Assembly (NCBI GenBank): GCA_002372275.1
Contig: DFFP01000009.1
Location: forward strand, 5,833 to 69,832
Source: Alphaproteobacteria bacterium UBA3773
GTDB lineage: Bacteria; Pseudomonadota; Alphaproteobacteria; RF32; CAG-239
DNA: 64,000 bases
Direction: 5' to 3'
Part shown: piece by piece, positions 44,946 to 55,758 of the stretch
How positions within the stretch are numbered: position 1 is the first letter of the stretch
Layout of the letters: each line of letters starts with the position of its first letter
The notes under the pieces: generated by a model
The model's database searches: none
What the model was told of the DNA's origin: nothing
Seen by the model: only the letters and a program-made list of their open reading frames with translations
Made by a program: the position numbers and the translations under genes

Positions 44946-45667
44946 ATTTTTTGATATTCAAAAAACACAGGGCGTCTGCCCTCATTTAAGGCCTTTTTTT
45001 GATATTTCGTTTCGACCCAGTCTTTCGGGGGATAGCGCCAATCATTTGAGCTTTTTGCGGTCCAGATAAAATCAGGGCATTCGTGCATGGTGCGCAGAAC
45101 GTGTGCTTTATAAACCGGGTGATCGGTTGCAATCTGTAAAATACCGCCTTTTTTTAAGATTCGAGCCAATTCTTTTAAATTATCCGGGTTGATAAAGCGT
45201 CTTTTGGCATGGCGTTTTTTGGGCCACGGGTCCGGAAACAGTAAATATATTTTATCAAGAGAATGACTTTTAATACGTTCAAACAAAAGCCGAACATCAT
45301 CATCAAAAATGCGGATATTATCGGCTCGATCTGAGGTCAGCGAAACATCATCCGTGATGGCTTCGGCATTTTTTATGCCGGTTAAAGATGTTAAAAGGGA
45401 GGCTACGCCGTTTTTAAAAACCTCAACACCGATAAAACCTGTTGTTTTTTCTTTAAGCGCAAGGCCTGCCAAATGGGCCCCGTCGCCAAACCCGATTTCA
45501 AGACAGATTTTTTGAAATTGAGAGGAAAATAACGTATCAAAATCGAGCATTCCTTGCTTGGGCACACTGATTTGAGATAAAAACTCATCAAGCAAAAAAC
45601 TTTTGGCTTTTCGGATGACACGGCCTTTGCGGCGTCCGAAAAATTTCGGGGTTTGTATTTCGTTCAC
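44942..45667 (-). CDS. trmB: tRNA (guanine46-N7)-methyltransferase
   Basis: LEIGFGDG AdoMet-binding motif, and ...PDPWPKKRH... Confidence 0.85.
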   Translation of the reverse strand: MNEIQTPKFFGRRKGRVIRKAKSFLLDEFLSQISVPKQGMLDFDTLFSSQFQKICLEIGFGDGAHLAGLALKEKTTGFIGVEVFKNGVASLLTSLTGIKNAEAITDDVSLTSDRADNIRIFDDDVRLLFERIKSHSLDKIYLLFPDPWPKKRHAKRRFINPDNLKELARILKKGGILQIATDHPVYKAHVLRTMHECPDFIWTAKSSNDWRYPPKDWVETKYQKKALNEGRRPVFFEYQKI

Positions 45668-45670
45668 AAT

Positions 45671-46171
45671 TCAGCTCCGTTTGGTTTGATTTTCTTCGCT
45701 TAAATTGACGTCTGATTTTGAAACGGCGACAATTAAATCAAACAAATATTTTGCGATTTTTCGATTGTTGATTTTGTAGTAAGCCGTGACGAGTTCAAGC
45801 GTTTCTTTGCGCTTCATCGGGTCATAATCAATCTCGGGGGCGTCTTCGTTGAAATCATTCAAAGGCTTTGAGGTGAGCATCATCGGGCTTTGTTCTTCAA
45901 TCTCAAGGGGCATATCGGCAAAGAAAAAATCCATCGACACACCTAAAACGCGACTGATATCCCACAGGCGGCTGGCCCCCACTCTGTTCAGGCCTTTTTC
46001 ATATTTTTGAATTTGTTGAAACGTCAGCCCCATTTTTTCGGCCATTTGTTGTTGGCTCATATGTAAAACTTTGCGACGCAACTTAATCCGGTTGCCGACG
46101 TGTGTGTCAATCGGGTTCGGTGCACCGGCTGTTAAGCGCCCGCGTGGTGATTTTGTTTGTGTTTCTGTCAT
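45671..46171 (-). CDS. XRE-family HTH transcriptional regulator
   Basis: HTH KLRRKVLHMSQQQMAEKMGLTFQQIQKYEKGLNRV. Confidence 0.7.
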   Translation of the reverse strand: MTETQTKSPRGRLTAGAPNPIDTHVGNRIKLRRKVLHMSQQQMAEKMGLTFQQIQKYEKGLNRVGASRLWDISRVLGVSMDFFFADMPLEIEEQSPMMLTSKPLNDFNEDAPEIDYDPMKRKETLELVTAYYKINNRKIAKYLFDLIVAVSKSDVNLSEENQTKRS

Positions 46172-46240
46172 TGTTCTTTGTTCCTAAAATACAACTATTA
46201 GTTTGTATATAAAATATTATCGCATTTATGTCAACTTATC

Positions 46241-47749
46241 TCAACGTTTATACACTATTGCTTTACATAACAGAAAAACTAAAAATCCGATGAGTACAAT
46301 TAAAAAGTAAATCGAAAAATTGCAGTTGGCGTAAAATGTCGAAACATTGAGCGTTTGGGGCAGATAAACATCTTGAAAGGCTTTTTGATTAAGCTCTATT
46401 TTGGCAATGACACGCCCCATGGGGTCAATGACGGCGCTGATGCCGTTGTTGGCGCTTCGAATAATGGTGATACCTTCTTCAACGGCGCGCATTTTAGCCG
46501 AGCTTAAATGTTGATAAGGGCCGAAACTGTTGCCGTACCAACCATCGTTGCTGACCAAAACAATAAATGAGGGTTTGTTTTGGCGATCAAGAACTTGATC
46601 GGGGAAAATGATTTCATAACAAATGAGGGCTGCAAAAGGGGGTAAATTTTTGAGATTTAATTGTTTATATTTTTGCGTTGTCGAAATATCGGTAATTAAA
46701 TTGGTGACAGGTCGTAAAAAGCTTGGAAGATATTTTCGAAAAGGGATATATTCACCAAACGGAACAAGATGATTTTTATCATAAAAATCAATCATTTGTC
46801 CCTTATCGTCAAAAACCCCCATGGCATTATATATTTTTTTGCTTTTTTCATCAAAACGCAGCATACCTGTCATTAAATATCCGTTTTGAGGGATTGCTCG
46901 TTTAATTTTTGCCTGAAAATAAGGCGAGTGTTCCAAATCAAAAGCGGTCGCCGTTTCACCCCACACAACAAACCGGACATTGTTGAAAGGTTCTTTGGCA
47001 CTCATATCAATATAGGTTTGAAGATTGTTTTCAAGCGCGTTTTCATCCCATTTTAAGGATTGAGAAATGCTCGGTTGAACAAGCCGCACTTTAATCTCTG
47101 AATCGTTTTGTGATATTGATTTTAAGCGCAAGGTCCCAAATGAAAACATTAAAATCATCAATATACTTAAAACGGATATGCCGCTTTTATATTGTTTTTT
47201 GAGGGTAGCATAACAGCTTGCGCTGATGATGCAGACAATAAATGATAAGCCATATGTTCCGATAACCGAAGCACTTTGAATAAACGTGTCTGAAAAGGCA
47301 AAGACGGTGCCTGCCATATTCCACGGAAAGCCTGTGAAAATATATGCTCTTAAATATTCCATCAAAACAAAAGATGAGCTGAAGGCTAAAAGGCGTATCC
47401 ATAAATTTTGATTTTGAAAAAAGCGCCAAATCAAAAACGGAAAAATAAAAAATATACCAAAAACGGCACCTATACCAAACAAGGCGACAGGATAGAGCCA
47501 TCCAAAGGTTGGAATATCAATAAGCAAAGCATTTGAAATCCAATAAAAACCGACCATAAAGTGACCAAAACCGAACAAATAGCCGGTGAGAGCTGTTTTT
47601 TTATAACTTTGAATTTCACTTAAAATTTGCCACATCAGCACAAACGCAATGACAAAACAAAACAACCAATAAAGCGGTGCAAATGAAAGAGCCGATAAGG
47701 CTCCCAAAAAAAATGCACTGCTTAAAGGGTGTTTTTGTAAAAATTCCAT
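46241..47749 (-). CDS. lnt: Apolipoprotein N-acyltransferase
   Basis: N-terminal polytopic membrane domain plus a C-terminal nitrilase-like domain. 502 aa. Confidence 0.85.
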   Translation of the reverse strand: MEFLQKHPLSSAFFLGALSALSFAPLYWLFCFVIAFVLMWQILSEIQSYKKTALTGYLFGFGHFMVGFYWISNALLIDIPTFGWLYPVALFGIGAVFGIFFIFPFLIWRFFQNQNLWIRLLAFSSSFVLMEYLRAYIFTGFPWNMAGTVFAFSDTFIQSASVIGTYGLSFIVCIISASCYATLKKQYKSGISVLSILMILMFSFGTLRLKSISQNDSEIKVRLVQPSISQSLKWDENALENNLQTYIDMSAKEPFNNVRFVVWGETATAFDLEHSPYFQAKIKRAIPQNGYLMTGMLRFDEKSKKIYNAMGVFDDKGQMIDFYDKNHLVPFGEYIPFRKYLPSFLRPVTNLITDISTTQKYKQLNLKNLPPFAALICYEIIFPDQVLDRQNKPSFIVLVSNDGWYGNSFGPYQHLSSAKMRAVEEGITIIRSANNGISAVIDPMGRVIAKIELNQKAFQDVYLPQTLNVSTFYANCNFSIYFLIVLIGFLVFLLCKAIVYKR

Positions 47750-47752
47750 CTT

Positions 47753-48265
47753 TTATTCCTGATACGGATCGGGCACGCCAAGAAGTGATAAAATATCAAT
47801 CTCGATTTTTTCCATCTCTAAGCGCTCGTCATCATCGATGTGATCATAACCTAAAATATGAAGAATGCCGTGTGTTAAAAGATGCTCAAAATGGTCTTTG
47901 AAAGGTATATCGAGTTCTTTAGCCTCAGCTTGCAAGCGTTCAAACGAAATGATGATGTCGCCGAGCTCAATGTCCGTTTGCTTTTCTAAATTATCTTCAA
48001 AATCTTCGCCGTCAATGTTGGCAAACGAAAGAACGTTTGTCGGTTTATCCATGTTTCGAAAGGTTTTATTTAAATGGTGAACCGTTTCGTCGTTGCTCAA
48101 ACAAAGGTTGATGGAAAAATTTTTGTTTTCTTTTAAAAACCAAACCAAATCCGTAACGACTTTTAGCGTGCTGTTTTTCACACTTTCAATCGTTTCTGAA
48201 ACGGAAAACGAAAGAGTTTCCCACGCTTTGTCATCAATGTTATAAAAAATGTCGAATTTATTCAT
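47753..48265 (-). CDS. ybeY: rRNA maturation endoribonuclease YbeY
   Basis: HGILHILGYDH zinc-binding motif. The start is probably MNKFDIF, 2 nt after the phoH stop. Confidence 0.8.
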   Translation of the reverse strand: MNKFDIFYNIDDKAWETLSFSVSETIESVKNSTLKVVTDLVWFLKENKNFSINLCLSNDETVHHLNKTFRNMDKPTNVLSFANIDGEDFEDNLEKQTDIELGDIIISFERLQAEAKELDIPFKDHFEHLLTHGILHILGYDHIDDDERLEMEKIEIDILSLLGVPDPYQE

Positions 48266-49229
48266 TTTCTTTTTTCTGTAATTCTTTATAGCGGTTTTCA
48301 TATGCTTGAACGATTTTGGCAACTAAACCATGGCGCACAACATCTTTTGAAGAAAATTCAACAGATGAAACACCCGCAACATTTTTTAAGATACCCAAAG
48401 CATCTTTTAAGCCGGAAATAACACCTCGCGGCAAGTCAATTTGGCTTAAATCGCCGTTGACGACCATGCGTGAATTTTCACCCAAACGCGTTAAAAACAT
48501 TTTCATTTGCATCGGGGTTGTGTTTTGAGCTTCGTCCAAAATCACAAATGCGTTGGCAAGGGTGCGCCCGCGCATAAAAGCCAGCGGGGCAATTTCAATT
48601 TCGCCAAGCGAGAGTTTTTTATCCACCGTTTCGGCCGGCAACATTTCATACAAAGCGTCGTATAAAGGTCTTAAATACGGATCGACCTTTTCTTTCAAAT
48701 CGCCCGGTAAAAAGCCGAGATTTTCGCCTGCTTCAACGGCCGGTCTGGATAAAATAATTTTATCGATTGTGCCCTCAAGCATCATCGAAACAGCCAGTGC
48801 AACGGCTAAATAAGTTTTACCGGTTCCGGCAGGTCCCAAACCGAAAACGAGTTCGTTTTTCATCATGGCTTCAATGTATTTTGCTTGTGTGGCAGATCTG
48901 GGGTAAATATAACGTTTTTTTGTTTTGAGGACAATTTCGTTTAAATTGTGCGCTTCGGTTTCATTTGTTGTTCCGCCCGACATACGAATGGCCGCTTTGA
49001 CTTCTTCTTCGCCGATATTAATGTTTTTGCTTGCTTTGTCATAAAGAAGCATGAGGGCTGTTTTGGCATAATCTATATCTTGTTTGTTGCCTTTGATTGT
49101 AATCTCGTTTCCGAAATTTAAAATTTCGACGTTAAGCATTTTTTCAATCAACCTTAAATTGGCGTCTGCCGCGCCGACAAGTTTTTGAATGAGTTGATTG
49201 TTGTATAATTCAAAGTTCAGTTCTGCCAT
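48258..49229 (-). CDS. phoH: PhoH-like ATPase (YbeZ)
   Basis: Walker A GPAGTGKT. 323 aa. Confidence 0.9.
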   Translation of the reverse strand: MAELNFELYNNQLIQKLVGAADANLRLIEKMLNVEILNFGNEITIKGNKQDIDYAKTALMLLYDKASKNINIGEEEVKAAIRMSGGTTNETEAHNLNEIVLKTKKRYIYPRSATQAKYIEAMMKNELVFGLGPAGTGKTYLAVALAVSMMLEGTIDKIILSRPAVEAGENLGFLPGDLKEKVDPYLRPLYDALYEMLPAETVDKKLSLGEIEIAPLAFMRGRTLANAFVILDEAQNTTPMQMKMFLTRLGENSRMVVNGDLSQIDLPRGVISGLKDALGILKNVAGVSSVEFSSKDVVRHGLVAKIVQAYENRYKELQKKENE

Positions 49230-49231
49230 TT

Positions 49232-50563
49232 TTAAATAACCTTTCCTTTCAGTGAATTTGTTGTGGCGTCTTCAATCAAAACTTTTTGAATATGAAACAT
49301 GTTTTCTTCATTTGTGACAACATGAACATTTTGCATATAAGGTGTGCGACCGATGAGCTGCCCCTTATGACGTCCTTTTTCTTCAAATAAAACATCCATA
49401 ACCTTTCCGATGCTTGCTTTGTTGAAATTTTCTTGCAAGGTAAACAGTTTGTTTTGCAAAATATCAAGGCGCTCTTTTTTGACTTTTTCTTCAACCTGAT
49501 TTTCCATCACGGCAGCCGGTGTGCCGGGGCGTTTGCTGTATTTGAAAGAAAAAGCCTGAATGTATTGAACCTTTTGGACCAAATCGAGTGTTTGCTCAAA
49601 ATCTTCATCCGTTTCTGAGGGAAATCCGACAATAAAATCTGACGACATTTCAAGTTTGGAATTGGCCTCTTTTAATTTTTGAACGGTTTCAAGATATGTT
49701 TCGCGCGTGTGGCGTCTGTTCATCAATTTTAAAATGCGATTGGAGCCTGATTGAACAGGTAAATGCAAATAAGGCATTAAAATTTCAATATTATGGTGGC
49801 AAGCAATTAATTCGTCCGTTACATCTGCCGGATAAGAGGTTGTGTAACGAAGCCTTTTGAGCCCGTCTATTTCGGCAACTTTATTGAGTAAATATGCCAG
49901 TGACCTTTCATGTCCGTTTTCATCTTCACCATGATATGAGTTCACATTTTGCCCGAGTAAATTAAGCTCGAGTGCACCGCTTGAAACCAATCTTTTGGCC
50001 TCACTAATAACATCTGCAATGGGCCTTGAGTATTCAGCACCTCTGGTGTAAGGCACGACGCAATAGGTGCAAAAATTGTTGCATCCCTCTTGTATGGCTA
50101 AAAAGGCTGTGCCACCGTGAGCTTTATTTTCAGGTAAGAAATCAAATTTTGACACAGCCGGAAAATCGGTATCTAAAACGTTTTCGGCTTTCTTTTCTTT
50201 GATTTTTTTCAAAATTTCGGGCAGCCTGTGATAGGTTAAGGGACCGAATGCAAAATCAACGTAAGGGGCACGCTTAAAAATTTCTTCATCTTCGGCCTGA
50301 ACAACACAACCGGCTACGCCAATCACGGTTTTTAAACCTTTTTCCAAGCGTTCGTTTTTAATAAGTAAAGCACGTCCTAAATCCGAAAAAAGTTTTTCGG
50401 CAGCCTTTTCTCTGATGTGGCATGTGTTAAACAATACGAGGTCTGCCTCGCTCTGTTTTTCGGTTTTTTCATACCCCATGGCTTCAAGCATAGAGGCCAT
50501 GCGGGCGCTGTCATAAACATTCATTTGACAGCCGTATGTTTTGATAAAATATTTTTCACTCAT
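49232..50563 (-). CDS. miaB: tRNA-2-methylthio-N6-dimethylallyladenosine synthase MiaB
   Basis: YFIKTYGCQMN N-terminal MTTase motif, radical-SAM CxxxCxxC (CNNFCTYC) and a TRAM domain. Confidence 0.9.
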   Translation of the reverse strand: MSEKYFIKTYGCQMNVYDSARMASMLEAMGYEKTEKQSEADLVLFNTCHIREKAAEKLFSDLGRALLIKNERLEKGLKTVIGVAGCVVQAEDEEIFKRAPYVDFAFGPLTYHRLPEILKKIKEKKAENVLDTDFPAVSKFDFLPENKAHGGTAFLAIQEGCNNFCTYCVVPYTRGAEYSRPIADVISEAKRLVSSGALELNLLGQNVNSYHGEDENGHERSLAYLLNKVAEIDGLKRLRYTTSYPADVTDELIACHHNIEILMPYLHLPVQSGSNRILKLMNRRHTRETYLETVQKLKEANSKLEMSSDFIVGFPSETDEDFEQTLDLVQKVQYIQAFSFKYSKRPGTPAAVMENQVEEKVKKERLDILQNKLFTLQENFNKASIGKVMDVLFEEKGRHKGQLIGRTPYMQNVHVVTNEENMFHIQKVLIEDATTNSLKGKVI

Positions 50564-50660
50564 GTTTTTTCTTTTCACTTTGGTAAATATGCTACGGCAA
50601 AGCTTAATTTTTTTCAAACATTTTTTATGATAATTGCGCTTTTTTTTCAGGTAAAGTTTT

Positions 50661-51224
50661 TTATTTGAAGATAATTTCTTTTAAAACGGCTTTGAAAGGC
50701 TGGCCTTGGGGCGCTGCGATATAAGCTCCGGCTTTGAGTTCATCATCGGCTCCTTTTAAATAAAATTGACGCAACCTGACGTAATTTTGCCCGTCAAAGG
50801 AATAAGAACACACAAAATCATCCTCTTGACGCTTGAGTTTATAATAAATCTCCTGAGGCATACGTTTGATTTTGGCACCTGCCCAGTCGGAGTGTCCGGA
50901 TAGGGTCAGGCATGTGCCGATTTCAATATGATTTTCATCGGCTGACATCAGTGAGGCCTTAAACCAGTTTCGCTCATCAATTCGGACCATGATGCCGCAC
51001 TGATTAAAATTGATTGCGTTTTCAAACGACCATTTCAGGGTCAGATTGAAATTATTTGTTGTTCTTTTGAAAAAAAATGAGCCGTTGTCTTTTTTGAGCC
51101 CATGATGAACAGATTGCCAAAAGTCTGTGTTTGCAGCTGCCTCAACACTCATTTGCCCGTTTGAGAGAACGACATTTTCAGGCTCATTTAACCATTCAAA
51201 ATCAAGAAGACCTTCCAGTATCAT
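50661..51224 (-). CDS. DUF1349-like (concanavalin-fold) hypothetical protein
   Basis: WLNEPE...TDFW pattern. 187 aa. Confidence 0.4.
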   Translation of the reverse strand: MILEGLLDFEWLNEPENVVLSNGQMSVEAAANTDFWQSVHHGLKKDNGSFFFKRTTNNFNLTLKWSFENAINFNQCGIMVRIDERNWFKASLMSADENHIEIGTCLTLSGHSDWAGAKIKRMPQEIYYKLKRQEDDFVCSYSFDGQNYVRLRQFYLKGADDELKAGAYIAAPQGQPFKAVLKEIIFK

Positions 51225-52159
51225 TAAAAGTTCCTTTTCGCTGCCTCACCCGTTTCGTTTAAGACTTGTTCCAAAAGCTGATTTTTTTCGCTTGGGGCGA
51301 CAATTTTTAAGGTAATGATTTCATCGCCCGATCCTTTTGCAGAAGAAAGGCCTTTGCCTTTTAACCTTAATTTTTCGCCGGATGATGAATAAGGCGGAAC
51401 AGTGATTTTAACTTTTCCGCTGACGGTCGGAACAGTGATTTTTGCACCCAATACGGCTTCTTTGATTGAGATCGGAAGCTCTAATTCCACATTTAAGCCC
51501 GAAAGCGTAAAATAGGGATGCGGACGCATTCTTATTGTGATGAGAACATCGCCTGGTTGACCGCCGTAAGGGCTTGGGTTTCCCAAGCCTTTGAGACGTA
51601 AAACCCCACCGTTTTCAAAACCGGCCGGAATTTTGACATTTACGTTTTTACCATTGATATTGAGCTTTTTTTCAGCGCCTTTGGCAATATCTAATAAATC
51701 AACATCTAGAGTATAAGAAATATCTTGTCCTTTCGGCGCAGCTGACCCAAACGGATTTTGAGCACCGCTTGTTCTTCTTTTCGCGCCACTAAAAGCGCTC
51801 ATAATATCATCGCCGAAAATAGAAGAAAAATCAAATCCGCCCGCCCTAAACGGGTTCGAAGAACTCGAATATGTGCGGTATGTACCGCCGGTAAAAGGAT
51901 TTTCACCGCCGAACCCGCCGGCACCGAAACCGGTCGGTTTGCCTGAGGCGTCAATTTCGCCTGCATCATATTTTTGGCGTTTGTCTTTGTCTCCTAATAT
52001 TTCATAGGCGGATGAAACTTCTTTAAATTTTTCGGCGGCTGCTTTGTCGTCTTTATTTAAATCCGGATGATAACGGCGCGCCAGTTTTCGAAATGCAGAC
52101 TTAATTTCTGCATCTGTTGCGGACCTTGAAACACCTAAAACATCATATAAATCTGCCAT
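51224..52159 (-). CDS. DnaJ-family co-chaperone lacking a zinc finger (CbpA-like)
   Basis: J-domain DLYDVLGV...HPD with KFKEVSSAYEILGDKDKRQKYD. The C-terminal DnaJ_C part has no CxxCxGxG repeats. Confidence 0.8.
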   Translation of the reverse strand: MADLYDVLGVSRSATDAEIKSAFRKLARRYHPDLNKDDKAAAEKFKEVSSAYEILGDKDKRQKYDAGEIDASGKPTGFGAGGFGGENPFTGGTYRTYSSSSNPFRAGGFDFSSIFGDDIMSAFSGAKRRTSGAQNPFGSAAPKGQDISYTLDVDLLDIAKGAEKKLNINGKNVNVKIPAGFENGGVLRLKGLGNPSPYGGQPGDVLITIRMRPHPYFTLSGLNVELELPISIKEAVLGAKITVPTVSGKVKITVPPYSSSGEKLRLKGKGLSSAKGSGDEIITLKIVAPSEKNQLLEQVLNETGEAAKRNF

Positions 52160-52217
52160 TTTATTAAAGCCTTTAAAAACATTCATTCCTAAAGGTTTAT
52201 ATAGGAAATTTTATTTT

Positions 52218-52601
52218 CTATTGCAAGTCAACGCAATCAAATGTTGCAAGTCTTGAATGATTTTCGCGCATGACAATTTCACGAAGCTTAGCTGTTTGTT
52301 TTTGATTTTTTTGATTGCAATAATGTGCGGCCAAAGGCGTCAGTTCATCTATTCTGACATCACGATATTCATAAGAAACAGAGGTTTCATTGCGACGTTT
52401 TTCAACAATGTTTTCTTTATATCTATTAAGGTCAATGTCTGAAATATAATTTTTTTCTTCCATACGCACATTTGTTTCATCGCTTTGCGCCGGCATGTTT
52501 GAATATGAAACGTTGTTATCGTCTTTAATCAGCGGACCTTGTCTGATACAACCGGTTAAAGCAAAAAACATAAATGCGGCCATGATTTTTTTGATGTTCA
52601 T
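52218..52601 (-). CDS. Lipoprotein, hypothetical
   Basis: Lipobox LTGC. Confidence 0.4.
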   Translation of the reverse strand: MNIKKIMAAFMFFALTGCIRQGPLIKDDNNVSYSNMPAQSDETNVRMEEKNYISDIDLNRYKENIVEKRRNETSVSYEYRDVRIDELTPLAAHYCNQKNQKQTAKLREIVMRENHSRLATFDCVDLQ

Positions 52602-52664
52602 CTTTTTACCCTTTATAAATGGTTTTATTTTGGGTCAGTCTAGCAAAGATATCTAAAGAAATTG

Positions 52665-52985
52665 TTAATTCAGCTGGTTATAAATTTGAGCACCCGAATC
52701 ATGTAAAATGTTATAAATATTTTGGTTTTTGCCGTTTTTATTTTTGGCGTTTGAAAGTTCTGACAAAGATTTTTCAAGCCATTCGTTGAACTTTTTATTT
52801 TGCCTTAATTTTTCAAGGTCATCTTTAATTTTTTCATCTTGCATTTTATAATCTAAAACGGCTTTAAGCGTGGCAAAATAAGCCGCTTCTTTTTGCGAAC
52901 TCATGACAGGCGCTGCAAAAACCGAAAAAGCGAGTAATTGAAAAATGGCGATAATAAAGATCAGTTTTTTCATTTCAGAACTCAA
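52665..52985 (-). CDS. Secreted hypothetical protein
   Basis: Signal peptide. 106 aa. Confidence 0.35.
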   Translation of the reverse strand: MSSEMKKLIFIIAIFQLLAFSVFAAPVMSSQKEAAYFATLKAVLDYKMQDEKIKDDLEKLRQNKKFNEWLEKSLSELSNAKNKNGKNQNIYNILHDSGAQIYNQLN

Positions 52986-54420
52986 TAAAATTTGAATTTT
53001 TTTGTTTCGTTTTTGTTTTGATATTGGAGTTCTGTTTTGAAGAAATTTTTAATTTTTTTAAGATTCTGTCTTTAACGCGAGAAAATGCTTTTTCATTTGC
53101 TTTCATTTTGTTTTCATGCTCGGTAATGTTGCCACGCCCCAATCCCCATTGTTTCATTTTTTCGAACCATTTATTTTTAGGCATTTTCCATCCCATGGAC
53201 AGAATATCATTCGGTACGATTCCTTTAATTTTGACACGTAAATTATGCGCTGATTTTTTGATTTGTTCATCAACGATTTTTGGGTCTTCCCATTTGTTGA
53301 ATTTGTGTTGCATGGCAGATAAAATTTTCAGAACCGAGGCGACCTTTGTATCTGTTCCGGCAAGCTCATTTGCAACGTTTGGATACGAATACACAAGAGA
53401 AATCGGAAGTAAGCACTTGTATTCATCAGGATATTCTCCCAGATTTGAATGATATCTGGTTTCGGGATCATCACGATAAGGGTGAGCCAAACAATTGCCG
53501 ATGATGATATCTTTGGCAATACCGTCTAAATTGTCATAAGAAAAATATCTTTTCTTTTCATCGGTTTCAACAGGTGTATCTGCAATATAAAAATTCGTTC
53601 CGGCAACTTTTTTCTCATCTTCCATTTGTTGAAATTTAAGCGAAAATTCAGATGCAATACGCGTCTGATAAGCCGGATATGTGAACATCATGAAATTGAC
53701 GTCTTTCTTTTGATCAAAAAATTTATTACGAATTTCGCCAAGTAATTTAATATTGTCTGCCGCTGAAACATCATTCGGTGTGACCAAACATTCTTTTAAA
53801 ATGTCTTTACTAACACCGAGTGCTTCAAAATAATGCTTATACATCTCAACTTCGGAACCGACATTAAATTTGAGATCTTTATTTTCAAAATTGGTGTTAC
53901 CTTGATTATCGTGCAAACCGAGGAAAATAATTTTTTTAGGCTTTCCCGTTTTTAAAAAGTCATTATACCAAGACCAAACGGCGGCCTCAGCAGACCCGGG
54001 GTGACCCGAAAACACGACAAGCGCATCCACTTCTTGAGGAACATCCATATAATCTGCTCCTTTGATCTCACGCTTATAACCATCATAACGAATCGTTTCG
54101 CCTGCTTTGATGCGTCCTTTGTCTTCAGCTTCTAAAACGGTTTTCTTTTCAGCATCCGTTAAATGAAAAGTGAGCATATCCTTTAATTTATTTTCTTGAA
54201 CGTGCTCTTTTGCCATATTAGCTAAAGCCACAATTCCTTTGTCCTGATTATTTTCAACCAAAGAAAGAGCATATTTAATATCTCTTTTAAGGAGAATAAA
54301 ATCTTTTTGTGTATGTCCGCGCTCAGCCCATTCTTTTTGATCATAAGCGCTTAACGGTAAATCTTTTCCGTTTGTCATGTCTGTGACGATTTGTTCATAA
54401 ATTGTGGGCGTATAAGACAT
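52975..54420 (-). CDS. DUF218 (YdcF/ElyC-like) domain protein
   Basis: VVFSGHPGS...KIIFLGL pattern. 481 aa. Confidence 0.45.
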   Translation of the reverse strand: MSYTPTIYEQIVTDMTNGKDLPLSAYDQKEWAERGHTQKDFILLKRDIKYALSLVENNQDKGIVALANMAKEHVQENKLKDMLTFHLTDAEKKTVLEAEDKGRIKAGETIRYDGYKREIKGADYMDVPQEVDALVVFSGHPGSAEAAVWSWYNDFLKTGKPKKIIFLGLHDNQGNTNFENKDLKFNVGSEVEMYKHYFEALGVSKDILKECLVTPNDVSAADNIKLLGEIRNKFFDQKKDVNFMMFTYPAYQTRIASEFSLKFQQMEDEKKVAGTNFYIADTPVETDEKKRYFSYDNLDGIAKDIIIGNCLAHPYRDDPETRYHSNLGEYPDEYKCLLPISLVYSYPNVANELAGTDTKVASVLKILSAMQHKFNKWEDPKIVDEQIKKSAHNLRVKIKGIVPNDILSMGWKMPKNKWFEKMKQWGLGRGNITEHENKMKANEKAFSRVKDRILKKLKISSKQNSNIKTKTKQKNSNFIEF

Positions 54421-54485
54421 CGAATTTCTCCTTTGATGCGAAATTTAATGTCAGTATACATATTTTTTGACAAAAATCAAGGATT

Positions 54486-55604
54486 TTAAACAAATTTTTC
54501 CGTGCGGAAATCTAAAATTTTTTGTTTGAACTCTTTATCTTTTTTCAAAGTTTCAAATGAGGGCATATCAGTGGCATGAAGAGATTTTTGAATTTCAAAA
54601 TTAAGACGCAGACGCTCGATATTTTTTTGTAAAATTTCTTTTAAGAATACTTTGTTTTCATCTGCTTCTAATTCTGTTAAAGCCGCTTCAAAAACCGATT
54701 CAAGACGTTCTTTGTTTTGAAACCGAGAAACATGATTTAGAAATAAAATCATGTCTTTTGCAAAGGGGGACTTTTCAAATAAAATATCTTTGTTTTGATG
54801 ATAACATTTTGCAAAGTCGGAATATATTTTAGGGATTTTTAGGCGTTTTTCAATGTTTTGAATTTGCTCAAATGTTAAATCAGAAACAAACAGAGCGTAT
54901 TTGATGACGGGTTTTAAAACTGAATCGTTTTGAAAGAGTTTTTGCCATTTTTGGATATGGCTTTGATATAAAAGTTCAATTTCGGGCAAAATTTCGTTTA
55001 AGGCAAAGCACTCATGCATCGAAATGAGAAATTTTTCAAAATGCTTGGTTGTGAGTGCCTTTTCAAATTCTTGAAAAATACGCTCGGGCGACAAATTTTT
55101 CAAATCACCCTTTGTGACCATTATTTTTGCGAGCTCTAACGTTTGAGAGGCAATTTCAAAGTCAAGCTGTGCAGAAAATCGACACATTCGAAGAACACGC
55201 AAGGGGTCTTCGGGAAAGTGTTTATCCGTGATATGGCGGATTATTTTGTTTTCAATATCGATTTTACCTCCGACCAAATCAATGAGTTCATGATTTTGCT
55301 CGTTATACATTAAAGCATTCATCGTAAAATCGCGGCGCAAAACATCTTCTTCTTTTGTAACGTCTTTGGAAAAATCAAACTTAAAATCGGTATGTTTTAA
55401 ACCCGTTTTAATTTCGCGTCTGGCAAGAGCATATTCTTCTTTTGTAACGGGGTGCAAAAAGACCGGAAAATTTTTGCCGACCTCGATAAAACCGAGGTTT
55501 TTCATTTCATCGGGTGTTGCCCCGAAAACGACATAATCTTTGTCGCTTTGAGGGAGTTTTAAGAGCATATCGCGTACAGCACCGCCGACTAAATATATTT
55601 GCAT
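54486..55604 (-). CDS. CCA tRNA nucleotidyltransferase/poly(A) polymerase family protein
   Basis: IYLVGGAVRDMLL...DKDYVV nucleotidyltransferase head motif. Confidence 0.8.
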   Translation of the reverse strand: MQIYLVGGAVRDMLLKLPQSDKDYVVFGATPDEMKNLGFIEVGKNFPVFLHPVTKEEYALARREIKTGLKHTDFKFDFSKDVTKEEDVLRRDFTMNALMYNEQNHELIDLVGGKIDIENKIIRHITDKHFPEDPLRVLRMCRFSAQLDFEIASQTLELAKIMVTKGDLKNLSPERIFQEFEKALTTKHFEKFLISMHECFALNEILPEIELLYQSHIQKWQKLFQNDSVLKPVIKYALFVSDLTFEQIQNIEKRLKIPKIYSDFAKCYHQNKDILFEKSPFAKDMILFLNHVSRFQNKERLESVFEAALTELEADENKVFLKEILQKNIERLRLNFEIQKSLHATDMPSFETLKKDKEFKQKILDFRTEKFV

Positions 55605-55758
55605 TGACACCTTCTTTCAAACGAAAGATTAATGCATCTTATTGATAAAATCAATTTTTAAATAGCATTGAGCTGATGCGAAAAATTAAATGCTTGACTA
55701 TTGACTTGAAATGTCTTAAGAAAAAAATCAGTTTTAATCAATGGAGTGTGTAAACAAA

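Noticed and set aside
47753-48322. Full 189-aa extent of the ORF as YbeY, overlapping phoH by 65 nt
   Set aside because: YbeY proteins are about 155 to 170 aa. An internal Met (MNKFDIF) located 2 nt after the phoH stop gives a conventional arrangement, so the 5' extension is rejected.
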